From Pelomyxa schiedti (lineage: Eukaryota > Protista > Evosea), in NCBI GenBank assembly GCA_020536535.1, contig JAHLWZ010000127.1, positions 3,841-67,840 of the forward strand: a stretch of 64,000 nucleotides of DNA, given 5' to 3'. Below the pieces are notes generated by a model. It was not told where the DNA came from and made no database searches. It saw only the letters and a list, made by a program, of their open reading frames with translations. Shown in pieces: positions 1-11,449 of this stretch (positions are counted from its first letter, which is position 1; each line of letters opens with the position of its first letter). Both the position numbers and the translations under genes were made by a program.

Positions 1-1062
1 TTATTTTGGGATACTGACAAGTACTGTCACGGCAGGGTGGGAGGGGTCAATAAACGACAACATCTTAACAACCCAGGCTTCAATCATTCATCGATAATGC
101 TCTGATTCCCATTGTTACTGCCCTCTCGAATGAAACCGCGATAATGGCCTGGGAGATAATTAATGAGCCTGAGGGATCAGTTCAAATTGGATCTGATTCC
201 GAAGCCTGTTTTGATACTACCCCGTTATCGGTATTTTCCTTTCATCACTTCTTAAAAGAGATCATGCTCTTATAAATGTCAGGGTAGTGGTGCTGGGTGG
301 ACAGGAGTGAATCTGCCAATGAGGAACATACTTCAGTTCATCAGCATGCAAGCATCTGCCATTCACACTGCAGACCCAAAGGCCCTGGTTACTGTAGGTT
401 TGTGCCTTACAGTTCTTTTTTTTTTTTCTCACCGAGTTTACCAGGCACGTGGTCAGAAAAGTCTGCAACAGATAACTGGGGATACCGAAACTACTACAAG
501 GATGAGTGCTTGAATAGATTTGGACTGTCTGACTCCACTATCGACTTCTATCAAATCCATACTTATGACTGGGGCGGGCAATGGAACGCACATTCACCAT
601 TTGTTCACAACAAGGAAGACTTCGCAGTACGAGCTTGGTGCTAATACTTTTGTCTAATATCTTCACAGCTTGATAAACCACTCGTAATCGGAGAATTTGA
701 CGAGGAGAATGGTGTGTACCCGAAACCTTTCATTTGAGTCTCACGCGTACTCAGGCGGGGGAATGACAATTGAATCCTTGTATGACTATGCCTTACAACA
801 CGGATACGATGGGGCCTGGGCCTGGACAGCAGAAGAACCACAAAACTTTGATGGCGTTGGCGCACTGGCGGGAGAGCCAACAGTGGATGCCATCAGCATG
901 CAGCCCATCACAGTGCAAGAAGACTGCAGCCAGACTTGCAGTGATGTTCCGCCTTCCACAGACTACACATGTGCACAACAAGCCTCTTGGGAGAAATGTG
1001 ACGAATCGTGGATGCAGGGTTACTGTTGTTTTTCATGTGAAGCTTGCCAAGGTTGCACCTAA
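1..1062 (+). CDS. GH5 endo-beta-1,4-mannanase-like glycoside hydrolase (GH5_10-like) with C-terminal Cys-rich module; 5' part lies outside the window
   Basis: Spliced translation (introns at 21-76, 231-282, from 398, 627 and 712) gives LQSFIDNALIP..AWEIINEPEG (acid/base NEP), IDFYQIHTY, LDKPLVIGEF (nucleophile) and GYDGAWAW, followed by CSDVPP..TCAQQASWEKC..WMQGYCCFSC. Confidence 0.88.
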
Positions 1063-1146
1063 CACCCAGCAACTTTTACTCCCAAAAAATGAGAAACAAA
1101 AAATGGGTAAAAATAAGGCTTCTTTTGTTACAAAATGACTTCCGGG

Positions 1147-3659
1147 TTAAACAATCTGTAGCTGGACTGCTACATAGTTGCTGTAGCCTTGGTCAGACTC
1201 TGCAACCAAAATGAGGTTGGCCACTGTTCCTTGTGGTGATTCATGGGTGCTAACACTTAAGTCAAACTCCACAACTTTGCCAGGGCACGTCAACTGACAT
1301 GGAGTAACGAGCTCCGCGGTTATTGTGGGCTCAGTGATTGTGGCTGTAAGGCACACGGTGCCGCAATTTGCACTATCCGAGACTGATACAAATGAGGGAA
1401 TGATCTTTGCAGACTTTGTTGGTGCAAGAACGTAGTAGGAGCCATAGACGGCTATGTTCATCATCTGTGGGAATCCTGCCCATATGAAGACCCGGGAGAA
1501 GGGCGCGGAATCCACTTCTCCATAGACATCGAACACGAAGGGTTCGGCTGGGAAGGTGGCATTCACCTATGTTGGTTGTTAGCGATTGGTTACGGAAATG
1601 TGTAGAGCCCACATAGTATTCAGTGCCATCTGATGTCAGCGGGAGCTCCATACGCGAATCGTCCTGGAATTGGAGAGAGCACAGCAAAGAATCCAAAATA
1701 CTTGTCTGCGCAGAGTGGAGTCTCATGATGGCATAGTACTGGCTATAGCCATACAGAGGCTCACCATTAATTACAGCATAGCCAGGATGGGCTGGTGATA
1801 AATTGTCCAGGGCAAACTCGAAGAAAACCCCAAGACTTGATATTCCTTCTGCTATCAGGGACACAGGGCAATCTGAGTTAAGTGCTATTTTCCACTGCCC
1901 AGGGTCTGGGTTTGATAGCTGTACCAATGTCCACCCATCGCTCACGTGGTATGTGCCAGCCGGATTTCCCCGTGGGTCGTATACAGTAATGGATTGGTTA
2001 GCTGATGCGCACTCACTTAAAGGAGTAACAGTAACGCTGGCTTCAGTGAGAGTAGGATCGACAGTAAACGTATAATTGTGCGAACCAACGGATAAGTTAG
2101 GCTCATATAAAAGCATGCAAGTGTTTGCTGAAGTTGCAGAACTCATTACAATTTCCTTGAACATAGAAACTGTCACTGCTCGAGAACAAAGGCTTGTGCC
2201 ACCACTGGCAGTGGAGAGCTTCGACCAAATGCCGTTAGATGCGCCAGGAGCAAAAATGAATAGTCGTTGCAGCTTCGAAGTGGTGGAGTACATGAGAGGC
2301 TTCAGTAGTTCGGCGTCTGTAGGCTCCGAATCAGTGAACAAGAACAGAGATGAACTTCGTGGTGCCCTTGACGATGCTGCAAAGAGGGCAGCAACAGAGG
2401 CCTTTGAGGGCTCCTCAGAGGTTGTAATCCTTGAAAGTTCTTCCAGGAAAATTGAAACTGACGGCGTCCTGTAGAATGTAAGACATATAGTTGGAGTGTG
2501 AAGAAAATCGCACGAGAGTTGAAGCTTCACTGAGTCACTAAAAGTTATTAGAACAAAAAGACTGAATCGTCTCTCCTGTGCTAAAACTTGTATCTCGTGT
2601 TTGACTGTTTGATTGTTTAGTGGAACAAAATCGTAAATTATTCAGTACTTGTTTCAATCATCTCCGCCATGTGTTTAGAAGTGTCAATAGCAACAGCAAG
2701 CGTAGTTTCTACCCCCAGTAATGCGCCAAAAGCTTCGTCGCCAACTTCTGACCGAATTTCTTCTAGAAATTTCACTGAGGCATCTGCTGCAATGTCTGCT
2801 GCGAGAAGGTGCAGAGTAAGGTGAGGTGAAAAACTATCCCAGAGCGAATCTTTGTTTATTCCGCCCTGGTAATGCGCAATACAATAAATTAGTCGTAGTG
2901 GAAAGAAGTACAGAAACTTGCCTTGGGTACGATATCGGCACTTTTATCGGTGGATCCCCCATGACTGCATTTCACACCTTCAGTCTTTACTTTGTCCTCT
3001 CCAGAATAATATCCGGTTGTAACGTGATCTGTCACCAAATTTCCCTCACAACCAGATGCATCAGCACAGTCACTGTTTTAATGGAATAAGAATTCCCGAA
3101 AGAACGAACTAAAATAAAGAGACACGAACCTGCAAGTGATTTCATCTGCAGCGGCGCCCAAGTCGCCCAAATCGCAGCCATCAACACCCAGGCAGTCACA
3201 CGGCGTAGAGTGATCTAGCTCCACCCAGTTTGAATGAGCATAAAAGTCCTGCAGTGTGTGCAAGGCAGCACCCACCGGCACACGCGCATCGCTGCCGGCA
3301 AGAAGATCACAAATGGCAGCGTGCTTGTATGACAGAATGAGGTGCTGTGCTTCATCTAACGCCTCTCCGTCCACATGCAGACGCGCTGTTGTCTGATCAC
3401 CGTCAACCTCGGTGTTTGCATCACAAATCTCACCCAGGGCATCCTTTTGCGAGCGTCCTAGGTTGGAAATACCGAAGTAAGACTCCAGAACTTGCAGGAT
3501 AGCCGTCTCAGTAATAGCGTAGTGGGTCTCTGACCCCGACGTGTATTGCCAGTTTGGCCAAAATGCGGCCGCCCTGTGCATGCATACGCAGATGCATAAC
3601 AATGTTACTAGACCAAGCGAAGATCCAGCTGTACTCAACAGTGAGCCACACCGCACCAT
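1147..3659 (-). CDS. Secreted VWA7-like protein (Het-C/VWA7 N-terminal domain, vWA, Ig-like repeats)
   Basis: N-terminal signal peptide, THYAITETAI, GAALHTLQDFYAHSNWVEL (VWA7/Het-C motif), vWA-like segment (AVAIDTS.., LFLFTDSEP), then beta-rich repeats; several introns. Confidence 0.8.
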
Positions 3660-3916
3660 TGATAGTCGATTTAATTTAAATAAAAGAAATGATTGACACC
3701 TTAACTATTTCAAACGGCCGTTTGTGCTGCCCGTTTGCGGTTGGCAACTTTTTTTTTGTTCGACTAGCACGAAACGAGATCTTTGGCATTGTGCGTTTTT
3801 TTTGTTGTTTCTTGCCGCGATACGAGAAAAACTCTTTCAGGAAAAGAAAAGTCTTCTGAACGTGGGGAATTAGTGGGGTTCCATTATTGGTTGTTCAACA
3901 AAGGGATGGCCACCCC

Positions 3917-6339
3917 TCACTCTTTCTCTGACTCTGGGAACTTGGCAACAAATGGTCCTGAGGGCTGGTGGTAAGTGCTAATTTTTTTTTTGGTTGTAAA
4001 AGTGGCCTGTTTCAAACCTTCTGGATAGAACTCGGCATTTATCATTTTGCCAGCAAACCACCTGTGGTTAAGTGCGGATATGGCTTTGTGTGCCGCGGAT
4101 ATCTCTGCGAACCTCACATAGACATGCCCTTGTGATTGTTTATCGACGTGAATGTACCGCACTGTTCCACATTTGCCGCACTCTTCCATAACATCCTCCC
4201 GTATTTCCTGGTCAAAATCAGGCGCGTCTTCCCTGTGTTGACGGGGTCAGGGTACATCAAAAATCAAAAAAAGGCTCAAGAAATACCTTGCTGGGTCAAA
4301 CATGTTCTTCAACAAAATGCAGGGAGAGGGAGTTGTAGCAGCAAGTCCAGCGGTTGCTGTAACAGTTGGACCAATTGGGAGGTTCGCGGGGATTGTGGGA
4401 GGAACACCTGGAAGTCCACCCGAAAACTGTATTTTTGATATCAGTGAGTGTGGTCAGATAAGGAATTGTTCAAAGATGTTTACAGGAGTTGGAATTTGAA
4501 GGCCATCAGGTTCTCCTCTCTGGAGTTTCAGCATCAAGAGTGCTCTTGATTGTGCATTCAGTGCAAGACCTCCACCGTCTAGAGATCATAAAGGAGAAGG
4601 GGAGTAAAAGGTCGATTTATTGATGTCACACGGGGTTAGTGTGAAGAAATAATCATCTGTGGTGATTTGTGTGACTTGGTTTTTTGTTTGATTGGTTTTA
4701 TATAAGCTTATCAAGAAAATTAGTTATAGTCAAGTTTGTGCCCTCCCAGCTTTATTTCTGTGTTTACTTATTTCTATTGTTGTTCGAGTGTGCAGTGGTA
4801 TAAAAACGAGTTACCATCATCATCAAGTTCCCCCAGCATGCCCATGGTTTGCCCGGAGCTCTCATTAACAAGCCCAACTTTGAGGGGTCGTCCAGCCAAC
4901 TCGAGTCCATTAATATTTTGAAGTGCTTTCTTGGCATCTTCTCCACGTTTGTACCTGAACATAGCAAGAAATTGAGGGAAAAGTATTAAGGTGTGGTTGA
5001 GGAAAAAAGGTGTATGAGGTTTGTCCATAGCAATGTGAAACAACGTACTGTACAAAAGCAAAACCCTTAGATCTGTTGGTCTCGGGGTCAATATGCAAAT
5101 TGATAAAATCTATCTCACCAAAAGGGGCGAAAATCATCCTCAAGTCTTCCTCAGATATGTTGTAGTGCAGTGAGCCAACATACAGCCTTGTTGGACCACT
5201 GAATGCTGTAGTTGTTGTTGTGGTGGTACTTGGATGTGTTAGCGCAATTGAGAGCTACATTTACTCACGTGGCCATTTTATTTTTTTCTGATTGAGTGAT
5301 TTGGACAATAACTGGTTGACCTTTAAGAGGTTGCCCTGACAAAGATAGTGCTGCAGGAATCGAATCCGTTGTATCATATTCTACATATCCGAAGCTTGGA
5401 AGTAACATAATTGAGTTGGTAATAGCTAATATCCACCCTGAAATGAAAGCTTACCCTTTGGACTTTCGTGAGTTCCTATCAGATATTAATTGTAAATCCA
5501 CGACTTTCCCAGCCTTCTCAAAGAAGGCCCATATCTCCTTCTCAGAAGCTCTTATAGGTAAGTTACCAGCAAAAACCGTTCTGGCGTCCCTTTCAGCATC
5601 ACGTAATTCCCTTTCTATGAAGATCTAAGAAAGTTCTCATATTCTGAGGAGAGTACCTCTTCTTTCAGCTTCAGTTTCTGGTTTCTCCGGGTCCTTTGGC
5701 TTGTTTCTATCTCGAAATCTAGCACCATAACTGTCCCTTTCTGGCCCGGACCTATCTCGGCCCCTCTCCCTGTCCCTATCCCTCTCTCGTTCACGGTCAA
5801 CCCTCTCCCTTTTGTCGCGATCTTTATCCAGGGTGTCCTTTAAAACTGGAGTGCCTGTAGCAGCTGCATTATCGGAGGTACTACGGTAAAACCAATCGTT
5901 AATGGAAATAAGCAAGGACTCCGAAGTGGGAGGGGACTGTACATTGGTTTCCCAGGAGAGTGTGAACGTTTGCTTCTTGGAGAGTGTGACTTTGACCTGC
6001 TCTTTGATCTTCCACAGAGTGAGAAACAAGACTATAACAACAACAACAACAACAACAAAAAAAAAAAAAAAAAAAAAAAGCGAACCTGCGGTGATGCCTA
6101 TGACTCCTCCTATCCCTATCTCTATCCCTATCCCTGTCCCTGTCCCTGTCCCTCCTATCGCGATCGTGCTCCCTATCTCTGTCCCTTCGGCCTCGCTCGT
6201 GGGCGGCCGCCTCCTCGGTCCTGCCTGGCGCCGGGCCCGACGCCGACGTAGCGCTCGTTATCGTCGGGGCTTGCGCGGCCGCGGGCTGTTGCGGGTGTTG
6301 CAGCGCCGAGTCGAGGAGCTTCTCCACGTCGTCTTCCAT
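3917..6339 (-). CDS. RBM39: RBM39/CC1-like splicing factor (RD-rich N-terminus, 2 RRMs + UHM)
   Basis: RD repeats, ERDARTVFAGNL, RLYVGSLHYNISEEDLR, SKGFAFVQF, INGLELAGRPLKVG, LLKNMFDP, ALNHRWFAGKMI. Confidence 0.9.
6036..6152. repeat. Intronic (ACA)n/poly-A microsatellite and coding (Arg-Asp)n hexamer repeat in RBM39
   Basis: aacaacaac... followed by an A run; ccctat/ccctgt hexamers encoding DRDRDR. Confidence 0.85.
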
Positions 6340-6489
6340 CTGTCCCACAAACCTTGAGGCGAAAAAAATAATCAAAGATCTACTCGAATCACGAACGACG
6401 AAAAAAAAAAGGAGGGGAAAGAAAAATGTGGACAAAAGCAACTGCGGGGCTATGTTTTGGCTTGTGTTACAGTTATTCCTGCCTGCTCA

Positions 6490-9400
6490 CTAGTGCATTT
6501 CCTCAACGTAGTTGGCTGGAACCCAGCTGTGTTGCGTAATTAGAGAGTAACTGGGTGTAAAAAGTAGTTTTCTCATACCCTCTTTTGTTGTTCATTTCAC
6601 CTTCCCACCAGCCGCCTTCATCTTTTTGAACAATGAAGATTATATCACCCTCTCTGATGGTGAGCTCATCCTATACAAAAGGGTTACGCTCTCGGAAAAA
6701 AGGACAGGCCTACACACGGGAGTGGTGGCATCGTAGTCATACAGGACCCTTGCTTTGGGTTTTGTTGTCTTAGGAGGAGGTTTGGGCATCTGCCTGGCTG
6801 GCATAGCTGGTGCGGTTGCGGCTGCTGGCGTGGCTGTTGCTTGGGGAGTTGCAGTTGGTGTTTTGGTTGTGGTGGTTGTTGTGGCAGCTGGTGTGGTTGC
6901 AGCCTTGACTGATGCTGTTGGAGTAGCAGTTACTGCGTGTGCTGTAGCAGCGGGTGTGACTGCGGTAGCTGCGCCGGGTCCGCGCCTCTGCACGATGTCA
7001 GGAATAAAAAAAAATTCGGAAACTGCATACCGAAGCCTCGACCTGCATGTGGTAGCCTTTGGGTGTTGTGTCTAGGTGTGGGTGAATAAAAAATCGAGTT
7101 TCTGAAAGAACGAAGGGCACACCAGTATCTCTTTGGAGACCTGATTGAACACCAATCTTCAGAATCAAGTTGGTTCCCACCACATTTTTGAAGAAGCCAA
7201 GCTGAAAGAATTGTAAGATTGAATTGAATGTGAAGTTTGGAAGCATACCGCTTTCTCTTTCTTTTGTTCCTGCAGTTGCACAAGAGGGATAGCAGCTTCA
7301 TCACGTATAAACTGAAGGACGTGGTCTTTTTCCCCAGCCTTTGCTTTGTACGTAATGCTAAGTAAAGTCAGTGATAGATAATAAATAGAAACTGCACACT
7401 TGTCGGAGAAGATAACGTTAAGTTCCCGCTTTACAGCCTCTTTGAAAGATTCCCTCATAAGCATTATCATCTCAGTTTTTTTGTCACACTCAATTACACA
7501 GTCATGTTCCGAGGGCATATGCAACACAACATAATTATCGGCCATCGTGCTTACAGAAATTTGCTAAATAACATTAGGAGGTAAGTTTAGATGGGGATTT
7601 TGAGCTACAGAAAGATTTTTAAGTTCTCCCCTGCGTGTGATTTGCCATATACCCTGCTTGTTCTTCACCACACGACAGATAAGGTAGAAGCCCGTTTCAG
7701 TCAAAAGGAGAACACGTTTCTCTAACCGCGAGCGAGAACTGAGGAGCAAAACGTTGTCAGCGAACGTTACCATTTCCTCCTCTGCAAAACAAAGTTAGGG
7801 TGCAAGAAAGGCAAAAAAGTCACTTACTATAAGGTTCCATGACATCCTGTAACTCAAAGTTTTCTTCGTAGTTGACGTAATCACCAAGCCACTTTCTTTC
7901 ACCACTGTTCCTTTGTCTTTCTTTTTTACCCTAATTGAAATCACCTTAAAAACCCAAAGGGAGAAAAAGAACCCTTAGAAGATCAGCAGCTTCAGCGCGT
8001 TGTTCCAAAGCCTTTCTCCGAGCTCTCCATACTCTCCAAGCTTTTTGAATTTTCACTGTGCAGTCGAAGTCAATTCTCTCCAACTTCTCTTCAATGTGGA
8101 AGACCTATTAAAAAGTGAATGGGAATAGGAGGAAGGAGACTGCTTACAGATTCGGGGTGCCTAATGAAAATTTTGGTCTTTCCAAACTGCCATTGCCCTG
8201 CCTCTAATGTAGTAAGTCCTTCAAGGATCACTCTGCATCCTTCCTGGGGGTCGCCATTCCATTCTCCCCACATACCCCATGTTTTTGGACTGAGTTTCTT
8301 ATACCTAAAAAAAAAAAACGAAAAGTTAGAAGAAGAATATGTGGTAGGAAGAAGGTCGACCTGACGAGGAATCTGTCAAACGGAGATCGGAACGCAAATC
8401 CAGCACGGCGTACCTTCACATTTTCTAATAGACCAAGATACTGCACTTGATGTCGAACACGTTCTTGTTCCCAGACTACAGGAGTCAAAAAAAAAAAAGG
8501 CAAGTCAGAAGATGAGAACCTCCAGCTTTTTTCACATCGTTGGGTTTAATGCAGCGAATATAATGAGGAGAACACTGAGAAAGGGTGGCCATGAGTGCAT
8601 TTGCAGATGTTTTGATTTTGAACCCAGCCGTCGTTGGCCTTCTTTTAGCGGCAGTGGGGGCTTGTTCTTCCGGGGTGATGGGGAAAAGTTTCTTAACACT
8701 TGTCACGTGAAGAAATTGTTATGATCATAAGATACCACAATAAAAGGGTTCTTGCTCACTCGCATGCAATCGACGCATTCTTGATATAGAGTATCCTTAT
8801 TTTTATCACAAAACCCATCGACTTCATATGTCACCTCACCGGCATAGTGCTTGACAGCAAAAGCCCCAGTGAACGACCTAGTATTTCATTAAATGAAGAA
8901 AAAAAGAAACAAGAAAAACCTGTAGTGTTGATTTGAACTTTGCACCGCATCAACTTTCTGAAGGAATTTGGCATCAGTGCCTTCGGACATGGCGTGAATT
9001 GTAGCACAGACATCGTCAAGTAAAGAAAAAATTCCGGGAGGTGTCTATTTCTGATTAATGAATTCCAAAACGACACAAAACGCACCCTTCCTTCAATTAG
9101 ATCACAGACAATCTTGTTGTTGAAGTATTTGATAGGCGACCATTGAATTCCTTCAGCTATGTATTCTTCCTGCTCTGCTTTCAGTGTCAGCTCAATGAAG
9201 TACTGTTGCAACTGAGAGCCAGTGAATACAATTAGTTATGGGAAATAAGACAACTTTTTCATTGACGTAATTGATACAGAATTGTTCAAAGCCATTATGC
9301 TGCAAGAAAGTGAGAAGGAAAGGGAAAAAAGAGGTGTTGCACTCACATTGAAAATCTCAAAACCGAAAATGTCCAAAATTCCAATACAACATTGGTGGGG

Positions 9401-11053
9401 CAAATTCCATCTGGAGAGGGCCTGATTCACCTTTTTTTATCGTAAGAAAAACTTAGGGGACAAACTTTGGTACCTTCTCCACCAGCCAAGTAAACAGCCT
9501 GTCATACAACTCCCTGGCAAGAGCATCCCTAGCACCCACAGCCTAGGATAAGGTTTTTAAGGATGGTTTTTCCCTCCTTGTTTAAAAAACCTGAACTGGA
9601 TTCAGAGCTACTTCAAAAGTTTCTGCACGTCCACCAGAACCAGATGTAATTTGCCTTGGAACATCAGAGTTGATTACAACTGGTGGCAAAATACCTGAAA
9701 AGAAGGGCGTACTCCAAATTTTCAACCGGAACTTGGAGCATATCAGCAGCCAGTGAGAGAACTGGGAAATTTTAAAAAGGGGGACTGGAAACTCGACCTT
9801 TACCATTTCTATCAGTAATGGCACCATTTCCCTTGTTGTCCTCTTGGAATGCTATGTTTCCAAGATGAAGAATGCCTGCGATAATTCTCAAACTGGCATC
9901 AATGTCTTCCTGGTTCATTCCCATAGTGCGCATAGATTTCTGTGATTTCACGGTTATCCAAATTTCGAGAACTCAGAAAATAAACCAGTGTTTCTTGAAA
10001 CTCTGCTGTGTCATCTACTCCTTCCACATCCAGGCAACCACTTTGGTTCATATAGTGAAAATTCTCAGCAGTATAAAGTTGTAATTTTTCTGCACTATAT
10101 TAAAAGAGACAAGTAAGATGCAGTTTCTCCATACGTGCTAGGGTATCATCTGCACCATTAACAAGTTGGTAAAAGATATGGAAATTTCTTTCTCCATTTT
10201 GTTGGTAGACCACACGAGACTATGCATCTACATGAGAAGGAAAAACTTAATGAAGTCTGTACCTTTTCAAGTAGATCTATTGGGATGGTAATTGGTAAAA
10301 AAAATTATAGAAGAAACTGGAAACGCACAATTTGTGATTTTTCCACCAATTGGGTCACCCTTGGTATCAAAATGAATTTCAAAGTATTTTCCCTATACCT
10401 GTGTGAGAGGTTGTTACAATGGAGGTAACATACAAAACGACTGGAGTTATTGTTGCGAAGGGTTTTAGCATTACCAAAAGCTTCCAATAGAGGGTTCGAA
10501 TCTAACCAGTGTAGGTGGAATGAAATTAAACGGAAGTCCTACCCAAAATTACATTCTTGATATACTCTACTTTTTCAGATCTCCCAGAAACAGCAGCTAT
10601 GTATTGCATAATTTGTTTGGCGGCAACGGTTTTCCCAGCACCACTCTCACCACTGTTCCAGTTGAGTTTTCAGTGAAAGGAAACTTGATTATGTGACCTG
10701 ATAATTACACATTGATCAGTTTTTTCACTTTTCATGTTTCGGTAAGTTTCCTCTGCTAGAGCAAAAACGTGTGGTGGCAGTTCATGTCGGAATTTTCCTC
10801 TGTACAATCGGACGTATTCGTCGGTTGTAAGACCAAGGTCTTTGTAAGGATTGACTACGATGAGCACAGGGCCGATGTTGGTCTTTTCAATTGAAAGAAA
10901 AATTGGATGATGAAGAAAAGTTAAGGAGACTTTACGTAGATGGCGTCATTTGTAAAGCGCTTTTTGATGTTATCCACGATCTCTTGCTCGGTAATTTTGG
11001 GCAACATGACAAGGTCGTCGACACCCTTTTGCGTGAACCCCTGAAAGTGCCAT
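6490..11053 (-). CDS. Long-tailed class I myosin (motor, TH1, A/T/P-rich TH2, SH3)
   Basis: [14 protein letters not shown]-loop [62 protein letters not shown]1 segment, and C-terminal SH3 (ARVLYDY..GGWWEGE..GWVPANYV*). Confidence 0.95.
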
Positions 11054-11449
11054 TAGCACCTTCGATCAATTTTGCTTGTGCGGTTTGCGTTACCTTTTTA
11101 CTCTTGAACTCCGCGACCTCCTCAGCGGGGTTTCTTGCTCGGCGTCTGAAACCCGAAGACTATAATAACCAAGATCAACCCACATCACGTTAGTATGCAG
11201 TAATGTCGCTTTGGTTGTTTGGTTGTTTTGTTTGACGCACCATTTTTCGCGGTCAGACAACACCACCGGGTTTTTGATTTTTGTGTTTTTTGGTTCCTTT
11301 GTTTTGTTTGTTTTCATGTTCTTTCAGTTCCTTCGGCAAAAATAGATTTACAAGAAACGGGAATTGGCTTTTGAGCCAGACAGAAAAAGAAAAAGCCGAA
11401 AAACACTGATGAAGAGGCGCGGCTCATTTGGGTGTGAGGCCAGGACACA

